This document shows, piece by piece, positions 9,061-19,690 of a stretch of 64,000 bases of DNA. Every line of letters begins with the position of its first letter. Position 1 is the stretch's first letter. The stretch comes from a virus: the IMG/VR virus record IMGVR_UViG_3300046791_000499, positions 1 to 64,000 of that record; one strand, written 5' to 3'. Below the pieces are notes generated by a model. The model did not search any database. It saw only the letters and a list, made by a program, of their open reading frames with translations, and had not been told where the DNA came from. A program made the translations under genes and the position numbers.

Positions 9061-12000
9061 GCCACAAGCCCGACTACAGCGACCCTCCCTACTTCGGCGA
9101 GCCCGACGATGACGAGTTCGAGCCCATCCGCGATGCCGAGATGGAGGCGCTGCAGGCCGACTACCCCGGCGACTTCGTGAGCCGGGTTCGGATCCTGACG
9201 CCGTCCGGCAACTGGATCGAGGCCATCGCTCACCACGGCGATGAGGTCGGGACGCTGCTCGCCACACTGTGCTGCGTCACCGGCCCCAAGAACGAACTCG
9301 AGCGCGACGCCATGGCCGCCCTCCAGAAAGCGCTCACGTCATGATCGGCATGGGCTCCGTGACGATCCAGATCAACGGCGTGCCGCTGCTGCCCGCTGAT
9401 CCGAAAGCAAGGCGCGCGGCCATTCAAGCAAGTGCCGAGACGTTCGGCCGCAACACCGTCGCCGCAGGCTTCAACAAGGCCAGCGACATGCCGAGCCCGG
9501 CGGCGTACCAACGCGCAGCCGCGGCCGCTGCCACGATGATGGAGCATCAAACCATCCATCTGGACCTGCTCGTGAACCTGATCGCGGAAGCTGTGGACAC
9601 GCCATGACCACGCGCGAGTACATCTACATCCCGGCGCGCACGCCTGATGAACAGGCCGCCAATCCTCGCTACGATCCGATCTCCATGGAGCGCAAGCCGG
9701 ATCGTCTCTGGTCATTGGCTGTCGGCCGGCATGATCCCGATGCGGTCATCGACCCCGAGATGCCGCTGATCCACGGCCAGACAGCCTGGGTCGAAGACGT
9801 CGGCCACGACTGGCGATGGCGCGATGGCCAGTTGTTCTACCACCCAGGCGGCGAGCGAGATGGCGGGCTCTGGCTTGCTCTCGTCTTCGCGGAGATGCCA
9901 TGAGCAGGGGATCCAGCGGCTCGTCGTACGGGCACAAGTGCATGCGCCAGCCCATGGATCGGCACGCCTACGTCATCATGTGGGTCACCGATCACAAGCA
10001 CGTGGGCAGCCGTCTCCGCCATCCTCGCGTGAGTCGACGGTACACCGATGAAGCTGGCGCCCGGCGGTTCTGTGCCAAGTGGGGTTGCAAGCTACCCGCC
10101 GGACTCGAGCGGGACGTGAAGGCGTGACGATGGCCAAGCATCTCCAACTTCCCAGCGCTGATCTTCCGCAGTCCGATCGCTATCAGATGCCGGACCCGGA
10201 CGGTGAACTCGGCGAGGCGTACGAGAGGCTGTACCACCAAGCCTATCTCGACCAGCCGCTCAGCCGCGAAGACGTCAAGGACGTGCTCATGCTCGCCCAC
10301 GGCTACCTCGATCTCACCACATACGATCTCGGGCAGGAATGCTGCGTCGGGAAGTTGCGAGACATCTGGCGAGCGCGTCGTCGCCGGGCTGCGGAAGGTG
10401 CCGGATGACCGTCATGGACGGCGGCGGGCCGAGCGAGCAGCCCTTCGAGCGCGTGCACCTGCCGATCCCGCCAGACTTCACGGGGCCGATCTGCGCCGAC
10501 TGCAAGAGCGTCCGTGGCTCGGAGCGTGGAGATCGGTACGCGTTCGGTGTGCATCTCTCCCGCTGCCTTGCCCACGCCTACCGCGTGACCCAGCCCGCCC
10601 GGCGGTGCACGATCACAGGCGAGATCTATCAAGAGCAGATCGAATACCCGCTGTGTCGCGACCACAACGACCTCGGGCAGTGCGAGAGGTTCGAGCCCAA
10701 GCACGGCGTGGGGCTCGTCGCGCTCGAGGAATCTGCTCGAGCGGAGGCCGGCTCCGGCGATCCCTATCGGTCGCTGGTGCCTAGCCGCGGTGGTGACGTC
10801 GGACCCGGTGAACTGCGCGGCGGCGGCCCTGGCCCGTTGAAGCTGTTGGCAGGCAGCATCGGCCGCTGGCTCGTCATCTGGGGTTCGTCGTGACCGATCT
10901 TCGTCCGGCGCTCTCCGCCAAGCTCAAGATCCTGAGCGAAGGTCCGCAGTGGTTCACGTGGCCTGGCTTCGGTAACGAGACGCTGCAGCGGCTTCGGCTC
11001 GAAGCAGTGCCCGAGCAAGCGGCCTTTGATCCGCCCGGCGTGCTCGCCATCATCGTCAGCCGATCCAAGTTCGGGCTCGCCCGCGTCGTCTACAAGGACG
11101 GGCTGTGGGCGCACGATGTCCGATGGCTGCACGGCGGTGGCGTGGGCAGCCTTCCGATCTCGGCCTCGCTCCGAATCCACCGGCCGGACGTTCGCGCCGT
11201 GGCCACCGAGTCCCGCGACCGTGCTTCACCGGAGACACCCTCATGACCCTCGACGAAACCATCCGCGACTGCGTGCACTTCTACCCCTCGCTGTTCGAGA
11301 GCCGCATCTCTGCGCTCGACCATCTCTACTGCGTGCTCGGCAACGGCTACGACTGGCAGGACGGGGTGCTCGTGGAGCGCGGCACCTACAAGCCGTTTGA
11401 GCCCATGGTCCGGCTCGAGCACCAACGCCAAGCACGGGAGGAAGAGTTCTCGGATGCGCTCTCTGGTGTTCTCAGCGACTGGTACGTGAAGCGGGCAGCG
11501 GTCATCCGACGCGTGCACGAAAACGAGCAGGCGATCGTGACCGGCGCCATGAACTACACCCTCGTGGGCAAGCACGGATTCTACCCGCTGACCGCGATCT
11601 CGTGCCCTCGCCATCTGTCCGAGGTTCCCGACGATGTCCAACCCGACTGGCTTGCTGGCGCCGTCGAGGTCGCGGAGCTGATCATCGCGTTCGGCGAGCA
11701 CTTTGACCGGGCCTTCGTGGTTGGCGAGTTCGAGGATGACACCGATCGGCGGCGAGAAAACGCTCAGGCCAACGCCGCGGTCGCCAAGGTCGTGCTCGCG
11801 GATCTGCGCGCCAGGTTCCCGGGATGCTCTGCGCCGCCCGGCCTGGGGCTCGCTGGGCTCACCTGGAATGCCGCGCCGTCCTCCCCGGTCGAGCCCAATC
11901 ATGGGGTTCATCCACGACACTGACGACCCGTCCTTCAACGGGATCACCGTTGAGTCCCGCTCGAATGCCAAGACCTTCGTGCTCGGGCTCGACCTACTCG

Positions 12001-12389
12001 ATCCCGACGACCCGCTCGACGTCGCCGATCAGCCCGAGACCGTGGCCTTCTCGTTCAACGGCGAGGCCATCCTGGTCGGCAGCGACTCATCCGAGAGCCG
12101 CGTCTGGCTCGAGATCAAACTCGACAACATCGACGCGATCCGCAAGGCGCTCGACCTAGCCGAAGAGTACGGGCTCGAGCACGGCTGGCAGCCCGCGTCC
12201 CTGCCGAAACTCCCTTGGTACTGGTCCTGGGAATGGGCCAACGGCAAGTGGCAGGCTCGCAGCACGAGCAACGTGCTCGTCGGCTACGACGCAGACGGCC
12301 AACTGCTCGCGCTCGATCCCGAAGGTGAGCCCGTCCGCGCGGGTGACATTGTCGATGCGGTGTTCACCGCGAACGGCGGTGCACCATGA
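9057..12389 (+). other. Run of about 9 small, mostly translationally coupled hypothetical phage genes (9057-9344, 9341-9607, 9604-9903, 9900-10127, 10130-10408, 10405-10893, 10890-11246, 11243-11923, 11901-12389)
   Basis: Consecutive + strand ORFs, most with ATGA/GTGA overlaps. Confidence 0.6.
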
Positions 12390-13435
12390 CCGCCCACAAG
12401 GACTACTACGCGCTGCTCGAGGTCGACCGCGAGGCCGACGTGCCCACGATCAAGGCCGCCTATCGCCGCAAGGCCCACGGCCACCATCCCGATCGCGGTG
12501 GCAACCCGGCCGACTTCGCTGCCGTTCGAGAAGCGCTCGACGTGCTCACCGATCCAGCCAAGCGAACGCGCTACGACCGGCTCGGAACCGCCGCCCCCGT
12601 CCAGATCCGCTCCAAGGACCACGTCTACACAGTCAGCGGTCCGGTCGCTACCGGCGACCTCGCCGAGTTGCTCGCGGCCGACGACGAGACCGGCGCGCCC
12701 GTCGTGCTCAAGAGCCTGCGCGATCCTGCGAACGCCGACCTATTCGCCAACGAGGCCGCGCGGCTGGCTCGGCTGACAGTGGTCAATGGCTCCTACTCCC
12801 GCTACTTCACGACCTTGCGCGAGTCGTTTCCGGTACGAGACTCCAACCGGGTGCGACGAGATGTCCACGTGTTCGACCGGCTCGACGGATGGTTCACGCT
12901 GTTGGCGGTTCAAGCCAAGCAACCGCGCCTGCAGTTCGAGCACGCCGTGTGGATGTTCAACCGCATGCTTGAGGCGCTCGGCCACGCGCACAGCCTCGGC
13001 ATCGTACACGGCGCCATCGTGCCCGCGCACGTCATGGTCTACGCGACCACCGACGTCGACAGCGAGTGGGACCACGGGCTCAAGTTGCTCGACTGGTGCT
13101 ACGCCGTCGACGTCGGCAAGCCGATCACCGCGATCGCTCCGGCCTGGCGGGAGTTCTACCCGCCCGAGGTCTTCGCCAAGCGAGCCGCTGGGCACTCGAC
13201 CGACATCTACATGGCCGTCAAAACGATCATCTACCTGCTCGGTGGTGACGTGAAAACGGACGCGATGCCGAACTCGGTCCCCGGCTACCTCCAAAACTTT
13301 CTCCGCGGGTGCACATTGGGCAACCCCGCGTGTCGACCCTCGGACGCGTGGAAACTCCACAGGGATTTCACGGCATTCATGAAGGCCAATTACGGCCCCA
13401 GGAAGTACGTCCGATTCACATTGCCCACCAACTGA
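12386..13435 (+). CDS. J-domain (DnaJ) fused to a kinase-like (probably pseudokinase) domain
   Basis: DYYALLEV...HHPDRGG; VVLK, HGAIVPAHVMV (catalytic D replaced), LLDWCYA, YPPE, TDIY. Confidence 0.85.
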   Translation: MTAHKDYYALLEVDREADVPTIKAAYRRKAHGHHPDRGGNPADFAAVREALDVLTDPAKRTRYDRLGTAAPVQIRSKDHVYTVSGPVATGDLAELLAADDETGAPVVLKSLRDPANADLFANEAARLARLTVVNGSYSRYFTTLRESFPVRDSNRVRRDVHVFDRLDGWFTLLAVQAKQPRLQFEHAVWMFNRMLEALGHAHSLGIVHGAIVPAHVMVYATTDVDSEWDHGLKLLDWCYAVDVGKPITAIAPAWREFYPPEVFAKRAAGHSTDIYMAVKTIIYLLGGDVKTDAMPNSVPGYLQNFLRGCTLGNPACRPSDAWKLHRDFTAFMKANYGPRKYVRFTLPTN

Positions 13436-13457
13436 CAGATGAAAGCGAGGCCCCACC

Positions 13458-14447
13458 ATGGGCGGATCACGATGGTCTGAGGACCACTACCAACAGCAAG
13501 TCGACAACTCAGTGCGCTCGCACGGGTCGGCGTTCGTTTACCACACGCAAGTCAAGAGCGGCAAAGCAGAGGAGGGCGTCCACGCCGACCTCGATCCGCG
13601 CAAGCTCAAGAACGGCCAGCGCGAGGCCCGAGACTCCGACGCGCATCCCAACAGCACGGGGGTCCTGGTGTTCCTCGACGTCACCGGCACCATGGAGGCG
13701 GTGGTCAAGCGGATCCACGCGTCGCTGCCGTCGTTCATGGGGCTGCTCACCCGCAAGAACTACCTGGTCGATCCGCAAGTTCTCTTCGGGGCAGTCGGCG
13801 ACGCGGTCTCCGATAAGGCTCCGCTGCAGGTCGGGCAGTTCGAGAGCGGCGCGGAGATGGAAGGTGACCTCTCGAAGTTCTGGATCGAAGGCCAGGGCGG
13901 CGGCCAGTCGATGGAGAGCTATGAACTCGCGGCCTACTTCGGAGCGCGCCACACCGTGCTCGACTGCGTCGAGAAGCGCAGCAAGAAGGGCTACGCGTTC
14001 TTCATCGGCGACGAGAAGCCGTGGCCCAAGGTGCACGCCGAGCACATCCGCGAGTGGTTCGGAACCTCCGAGGCCCGCGACATTCCGACGCCGCAGATCT
14101 TCAAAGAGCTGCAGGACATGTATCACGTATTCATCGTGCTCCCGATCGGCTCGAGCAATGGCGACCGATTCAAGCGCGAGTGGCAAGCGATCGTCGGACC
14201 CGAGAACGTGCTCGTGCTTTCCGAACCAGAAGCCGCGGCCGAATTGATCGCTGCGCAGATCGGCTTGTGCGAGCAAGCCGTCGACATGGGTCAGATGCAA
14301 CGTGACCTGATCGACATCGGGACTTCGGCCGCACTCGTGCCCGGGGTCATGAGCGCCGTGAGCCAGGTGGCCGCGAGCAACCGTTCGAGCATCGCCCACA
14401 CCGACGCGTTCGGAGGCGCTGGTTCGGACCGAGTCCAACGCTTGTAG
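13458..14447 (+). CDS. von Willebrand factor A (vWA) domain protein
   Basis: FLDVTGTM (MIDAS-like), QVGQFES, EGQGGGQSMESYELAAYF, FFIGDE. Confidence 0.85.
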   Translation: MGGSRWSEDHYQQQVDNSVRSHGSAFVYHTQVKSGKAEEGVHADLDPRKLKNGQREARDSDAHPNSTGVLVFLDVTGTMEAVVKRIHASLPSFMGLLTRKNYLVDPQVLFGAVGDAVSDKAPLQVGQFESGAEMEGDLSKFWIEGQGGGQSMESYELAAYFGARHTVLDCVEKRSKKGYAFFIGDEKPWPKVHAEHIREWFGTSEARDIPTPQIFKELQDMYHVFIVLPIGSSNGDRFKREWQAIVGPENVLVLSEPEAAAELIAAQIGLCEQAVDMGQMQRDLIDIGTSAALVPGVMSAVSQVAASNRSSIAHTDAFGGAGSDRVQRL

Positions 14448-14507
14448 CCGACGCGCGGATCCGAACGAGGCCGGCCGTGGGAATCCACCGCCGGCCTCGC
14501 TGTTTCT

Positions 14508-15782
14508 ATGGGTATGACCAACGTGATCATGGTGGCCGGGCTCGGCTTCGGCGACGAAGGCAAAGGCACCGTCGTCGAGGCGCTCGTGGATCGGTGGAAA
14601 GCTCCGTTGGTGGTTCGCTTCAACGGTGGCGCGCAATGTGCCCACAACGTCGTGGACATCGACGGCCGACACCACACCTTCGCGCAGTTCGGATGCGGCA
14701 CCCTGCTTGGGGCGCGGACGTTCCTCTCGCACAAGGTACTGGTCGACCCGCTCGCGCTCGTCAACGAAGCCACGCACCTTCACGAGATCGGTGTACGGGA
14801 TCCGATGTCGATGCTCACCATCGACCGCGACGCCCCCGTGATCACGCCCTACCACAAGCTCGCCAACCGCAAGCGCGAGCAGGCGCGAGGCGGGCTCATC
14901 CACGGGAGTTGCGGCATGGGCATCGGCGAGACCAGGGTTGACGCGACGGAGAACCCAGCCGAGTACCTGCGCGTCGGCGACCTCTTCGATCGTGACCGGC
15001 TGCAGCGTGGCCTCGCCCGCGCTCGCGACCGCGTCTGTGCCGAGTTCGGCCCCGACGAGTCCTTCGACTGCGCCATGGAATTCGGCGAGGTCATGTGGCG
15101 CATTTGGGCCCTCGCCAACCGCCTGCGAGGACAAGTCGTCGACCGGACCTGGCTCGAGGGTGAACTCGAGCGCAACGACACGACCGTGTTCGAGGGTGCA
15201 CAGGGCGTGCTCTTGGATCAGTCGTGGGGATTCCAGCCGCACACCACGTGGAGCGACACGACCTTCCGCTGGGCTGACGAGCTGATCGCGGGCACCGACG
15301 TCGAGGTCGAGCGCATCGGCGTCACCAGGGCCTACCTCACCCGGCACGGCGCGGGCCCGATGCCCACCGAGCGAGATATGGATCTCGCCGAGCCTCACAA
15401 CGACGGTGGCTTCGCCGGGCACTTCCGCACGGGTATCCTCGACCTCAACCTGCTCGACTACGCCGTCAAGGTCTGCGATGGGATCGATGCGCTCGCCGTT
15501 ACGCACCTGGACCGGCGGCCTGCCTGGGACGTGTGTACTTCGTGGGGTGCTCTCGCCGACGCCGTCTTCGGCCGGCACGAGATCGGGATCGCGGCATCCG
15601 AGGCCGACCTCTACGCAAGTCAGACGAATCTCACGTGGCTACTCAACAAACTCGACTCGAGGCTGTTCGAGATGGCCACGTTCTCACCGCACGACCTGTG
15701 CATGCATTTGGCGCAGGTCGTCAAGGCCAGCGTTTACATCCGCTCGTTCGGCCCAACACGGACGAACAAGGTCTGGGGATAA
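14508..15782 (+). CDS. Adenylosuccinate synthetase-like (divergent PurA family)
   Basis: GLGFGDEGKG, RFNGGAQCAHNV, FEGAQGVLLD, YLTRHGAGPMPTE, LAVTHLD. Confidence 0.88.
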   Translation: MGMTNVIMVAGLGFGDEGKGTVVEALVDRWKAPLVVRFNGGAQCAHNVVDIDGRHHTFAQFGCGTLLGARTFLSHKVLVDPLALVNEATHLHEIGVRDPMSMLTIDRDAPVITPYHKLANRKREQARGGLIHGSCGMGIGETRVDATENPAEYLRVGDLFDRDRLQRGLARARDRVCAEFGPDESFDCAMEFGEVMWRIWALANRLRGQVVDRTWLEGELERNDTTVFEGAQGVLLDQSWGFQPHTTWSDTTFRWADELIAGTDVEVERIGVTRAYLTRHGAGPMPTERDMDLAEPHNDGGFAGHFRTGILDLNLLDYAVKVCDGIDALAVTHLDRRPAWDVCTSWGALADAVFGRHEIGIAASEADLYASQTNLTWLLNKLDSRLFEMATFSPHDLCMHLAQVVKASVYIRSFGPTRTNKVWG

Positions 15783-16069
15783 CCGGTCCGCGCAACAACC
15801 GTGGAAAGTCAGCCGGATCGTTCGGTCTCGCAGCACCCGGATCTTGTAGACGAGCGCGCTCGCGATCGAGTACGTTGACGATCCGAAGATGAGCAGGCCC
15901 ACAAAAGGGCCGAGCCCCAACACCGCGACAGGCAAGAAGCGGGGGAGGGGCTCAGAGCGGGAGAGGAGCCCGCCGACATGAGCGAAGATACCCACACAAG
16001 CGATCCACGTCAACCCGCCATAGTTGCGCCGCATCAACTCGATCTGCGGTTGAGCGAGCGGAGGTCGCC

Positions 16070-17263
16070 GTGACCCATGTGACAGACGTCGACTGGTTCA
16101 ATATCAAGGCCGCGGCGTGGATTTACCGGCTGCCAGAGTCACGGAAGGGCCTATGCGCCGGGTGCAAGGTCATCATCCAAATCCTCTGGAACCGAGTCAA
16201 CGGTTCGGTGGAGTCCGACACTACGCACGCCCAGTCCCCGTGGGTCTCCGTGGAGACGCTTGCCGAGCAATGCGGGGCCAAGCCGGACACCGTTCAGGCG
16301 AGGCTCGACAAGCTGACGGCTCTCGGTTGGATCCGTAGGCACAAGGGTCGGCGCCTGCTCGCGTGGGGGCGTCCGTTCCCCAAGCCAGAGGCCAGTCCGG
16401 GCCTGGCGGATTCACCAGAGGCAGCCAGTGTCAGCGAGACCGGGCCAGGATTCGAGTCCTCCACAAGTGAAGCCGGGCGCCGGGATTCGAGTCCTCCCGC
16501 GCCGGGATTCGAGTCCTCCCGCGCCGGGATTCGAGTCCTCCCGCGCCGGGATTCGAGTCCCGAGGATCAACCCAATAACCAAGCCATTGAACCAAGCCAA
16601 GACCAACCCAAGGTCGATGAGACTCTCGCCCCAGCGAGTAGGCCGAGTCTGCTGACGGACACTGCGCCACCCGCGAGGCGTCGGCGCAAGCGCGTCGACT
16701 CCACGCAAGAGTCTCTGCCCATACCCGGCACCGAACCGCCGGAGCAGGTCAAGGCCGACCAGGCCCAGCTTGTGGCGGATCGCCTGTGGTCTCGGCAGGC
16801 CGAGACCCGCGCGGCCCTCAAGATGCCGGTGACCGGTACGAAGTCGGTGCTCGATGCCAACCGCCGAGGGAAAATCAACACGCGGATCGCCGACTACGGT
16901 CTCGACGCCTGTTATCGTGTGATCGAGGTCGATGCTTCGGATTGCTTGAAGCAGGGTCGCGGTGGGTCGTCTTGGGGATACTGGAATCTCGACACCCCAT
17001 TCAGGAACGCGACAAATTTTGAACAGCGGCTCAACCGCTGGCGAGATGACGGAAAGCACGTCCCGTGGGGTGCACCATCGCGACGAGACCAGTCTTGGTC
17101 GCAGGGCTCCGGGATCGGCTCCCGCGAAGCACACCGAGCCCAGCGCGAGAAGTTGGAGCGCGAGGCCACCGAGCGGGGCGAGACCATCCCGGACGAGGTC
17201 GGCTACTGCGACAACGACGATGACTGCAGCAACGATGAGCGCATGGAGGCGGTCCACCAATGA
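16070..17263 (+). CDS. Phage replication initiator/replisome organizer (N-terminal wHTH, internal iterons)
   Basis: SVETLAEQCGAKPDTVQARLDKLTALGWI HTH; contains tandem repeats; lies upstream of loader and DnaB. Confidence 0.8.
   Translation: MTHVTDVDWFNIKAAAWIYRLPESRKGLCAGCKVIIQILWNRVNGSVESDTTHAQSPWVSVETLAEQCGAKPDTVQARLDKLTALGWIRRHKGRRLLAWGRPFPKPEASPGLADSPEAASVSETGPGFESSTSEAGRRDSSPPAPGFESSRAGIRVLPRRDSSPEDQPNNQAIEPSQDQPKVDETLAPASRPSLLTDTAPPARRRRKRVDSTQESLPIPGTEPPEQVKADQAQLVADRLWSRQAETRAALKMPVTGTKSVLDANRRGKINTRIADYGLDACYRVIEVDASDCLKQGRGGSSWGYWNLDTPFRNATNFEQRLNRWRDDGKHVPWGAPSRRDQSWSQGSGIGSREAHRAQREKLEREATERGETIPDEVGYCDNDDDCSNDERMEAVHQ
16445..16560 (+). repeat. 22-bp iteron-like tandem repeat (gccgggattcgagtcctcccgc), probable replication origin
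   Basis: Copies start at 16479, 16501, 16523 and 16545 (partial), plus a degenerate copy near 16445; 3x22 bp keeps the frame. Confidence 0.85.
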
Positions 17264-18195
17264 CCAGCACAACGGCTACGGCCGCAGCCCTGCTCACGCT
17301 CACCAAGCACAAGCGTGAGCGCGCGGCCGGTCATGTTGCGAGCTTCAAGCGGATCCAGTCGCAGCTCGGAGACGACGTCGCTGCTTGGGCCTACGCGGAC
17401 AAGGGCATCGGGCCCGGCTTGCGGGCCCCGTGTGCGACCGCGACTGAGTTGGCGAAATGGGATCCCAGCGCGGGCGATTGGTGCCGAGTGATCAGCGGCT
17501 CGCAGGGGACGGGAAAAAGCGTCACGGCTGCTCGGTATGTCGCAGAGCACGGCGGGATGATGGTCAGTGCCGTGTCGGCTGACGCATGGGGATTCGGCGG
17601 AGGTCGACCCCTACTCGCCGCGATGGAAGCACCGTGGCTGCTGATCGACGACCTCGGAGAGAGCAAGACCCGGCCGGGAGACGGGAACCTCGGCACGTTG
17701 ATTGCCGAGCGCTACGCCAAACGATCTCGCTGCTACCTGGTGATCACGACCGTACTGACCCCGGAGCAGATCGAGCAGCGCTACGGCGAGAACGTCTCGT
17801 CGAGGTTGCGGCCTCACATCATTCAATTGTTCGCACGAGAGACGGCCGACCGGCGAGGCACTACACCGCCAGTGCTCACGGGGTTCAACCGGGAGATGGA
17901 GATCGCATGGTACGGCGAGCGAGTCGAATACGCTGCTGCAGGCGTGCTCGAACTCGGCGCAGCGACCGAGGCAATCACCCGACTGGCCGAGGTCACCGGG
18001 GTCGATCTCGCCGGGGAGAAGATGAACGCCGCCTTGGCTGGCGAGGCGGAGCGTCAAGAGACGCTCGCCCGGCTCGGCTCGGCGACGATCGCAGCGCTCG
18101 GGGCACCCGTGCTTCGGCTTGTGCCGCCACATGATCCACGCGGCGATGATCTGCTGGAGTGGATCGACTCGCTCGATTCGGGGGCCACCAAGTGA
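17260..18195 (+). CDS. DnaC/IstB-like ATPase (helicase loader)
   Basis: ISGSQGTGKS, LLIDDLG, LIAERY, VITT, SSRL. Confidence 0.8.
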   Translation: MTSTTATAAALLTLTKHKRERAAGHVASFKRIQSQLGDDVAAWAYADKGIGPGLRAPCATATELAKWDPSAGDWCRVISGSQGTGKSVTAARYVAEHGGMMVSAVSADAWGFGGGRPLLAAMEAPWLLIDDLGESKTRPGDGNLGTLIAERYAKRSRCYLVITTVLTPEQIEQRYGENVSSRLRPHIIQLFARETADRRGTTPPVLTGFNREMEIAWYGERVEYAAAGVLELGAATEAITRLAEVTGVDLAGEKMNAALAGEAERQETLARLGSATIAALGAPVLRLVPPHDPRGDDLLEWIDSLDSGATK

Positions 18196-19640
18196 ATCTG
18201 ACGACGTCATCCGAACGAGCACTCATTGGCGGCACGCTGGACCGCGGCGCTGTCGAACTGTCATTGGTACGCAGCGAGGTCAAGCCGGACATGTTCTCGT
18301 GCGATCCGGTTCGCGCCGTGCTCGAGGCTGCATGCGCCGTAGTGGACGGTGGCCGCGAGCTGACGATCGTCGAAGTCGCCTCGGCGCTCGAGCAGGCGGG
18401 GAGCCTCGATGCGGTTGGTGGGCTGCGCGGGCTCGACGAACTTCGGAGCGAAGCCCGACCGATCGGCGAACGGGAGGCACTACTGCGTCACGTTCGAGAT
18501 GCCGCGCAACTTCGCAAGGTCGGGGCCAAGGCGGCCAAACTCGGTGCTGCTGCTGCGCATCCGCTGGCGATCGCAAATCCAAGTCGGTACTTCGCCGCGA
18601 TCACGGCGATGTCCAACGAAGTCCAGGGCTCGATCAGCACTGGGACCGCGAGCGCGGCTCAGGGTTGCCGGGCTTCGATGGAAGCCCTTCTCGCGCGAGG
18701 CAAGCGGGTCAGCGCATCGCCGACGGGTGTCTCCGCCTTGGATCGACTTCTCAATCCTGGGATCAAGCGCAAGAAGACGTACTTGGTCGCAGCCCGACCA
18801 GGCTGCGGCAAGTCTGCGCTCGCTGTTCAGGCCATCGGCGTCGGTGCGAGTGCTGGCCACCCGCAACTGTTCTTCTCGTGCGAGATGCCGCTGTCCGACG
18901 TCTTCGATCGCATCGTGGTCCAGCGGACGCGGATCGACTCGGAGCGCTACGAAGTGGGGACCGGCGCGAACGGGCTCAGCGAAGCCGAGTTTCGGCTGGT
19001 GATCTCGGAGATGGACCGCGTCTCGCAGTTGCCGATCTGGACGATCGACGACGAATCCGAACTCGGGTCGATGTTGGCCAAGAGCAAGGTCTGGCTGGAT
19101 ACGGTGGCCTGGCCCTGGATCGAGCAGCACCGAGGCGAACCCGGGCCCGACGGCCGGGAGATGGATCTCGTGCCCGTGGTCGGTATCGACTACTTCCAAC
19201 GGTGCTGGCTCGACGGCAAGTGGGGCACGACCGAGGAGATGTTCGCTACCATGTCCAAGCGGATCGCCAACTTCGCGCGCAAGGAGAACTGCGCGATGAA
19301 GGTCATGGTCCAGGCCAACAAGGATAACGTGAAGGAGAACCGACCGCCCCGCGCCTCCGACATGAAGTACTGCGACGCGCTCGCGGCCGACGCCGACGTG
19401 GTGATCCTGCTGCATCGCAACCTCGGAGCGGACACGAGCGACCCCAGCGAGACCGCGATCGACGAGCGCGGCCGGTCCGTCGAGGAGCCGGCGATGATCA
19501 TCGTGGACAAGCACCGAGGCGGCCGGGTCGGTGTTGCGTGGGCGACATGGCACGGTCCAACGGTCCGGTTCTCCGACCGCGAGCACGAGGGCCCGTGGGT
19601 CCCGAAGGCCGTGGCGGCCGGGAAGCCAGGCCGCCGATGA
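18192..19640 (+). CDS. dnaB: Replicative DnaB-like helicase
   Basis: AARPGCGKS, FSCEM, IDYFQ, DADVVILLHR, IVDKHRGG. Confidence 0.92.
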   Translation: MNLTTSSERALIGGTLDRGAVELSLVRSEVKPDMFSCDPVRAVLEAACAVVDGGRELTIVEVASALEQAGSLDAVGGLRGLDELRSEARPIGEREALLRHVRDAAQLRKVGAKAAKLGAAAAHPLAIANPSRYFAAITAMSNEVQGSISTGTASAAQGCRASMEALLARGKRVSASPTGVSALDRLLNPGIKRKKTYLVAARPGCGKSALAVQAIGVGASAGHPQLFFSCEMPLSDVFDRIVVQRTRIDSERYEVGTGANGLSEAEFRLVISEMDRVSQLPIWTIDDESELGSMLAKSKVWLDTVAWPWIEQHRGEPGPDGREMDLVPVVGIDYFQRCWLDGKWGTTEEMFATMSKRIANFARKENCAMKVMVQANKDNVKENRPPRASDMKYCDALAADADVVILLHRNLGADTSDPSETAIDERGRSVEEPAMIIVDKHRGGRVGVAWATWHGPTVRFSDREHEGPWVPKAVAAGKPGRR

Positions 19641-19690
19641 GCCCGGGAATGCCGGACCAGGCTGCGAGGTCAGGGGTCCGAAGCCTACCC

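Noticed and set aside
10792-10805. 14-bp match (ggtgacgtcggacc) to the tnpB 3' end at 23850-23863 as a guide/target or second omegaRNA
   Set aside because: Many 14-bp matches are expected by chance in 64 kb of high-GC DNA, and the flanks diverge.
14508-15782. PurZ (2-aminoadenine Z-genome) assignment
   Set aside because: The protein retains the PurA catalytic Asp (GDEGKG), whereas PurZ typically has Ser there. No DatZ-like partner was recognised.
15684-16037. Minus-strand membrane protein between purA-like and the initiator
   Set aside because: It overlaps the purA-like 3' end, and its hydrophobicity may simply mirror a purine-rich + strand. Not enough support to call.
16445-16560. tRNA or CRISPR array (GGATTCGAGTCC resembles a T-arm)
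   Set aside because: These are head-to-tail repeats with no spacers and no cloverleaf, inside a replication gene, so iterons fit better.
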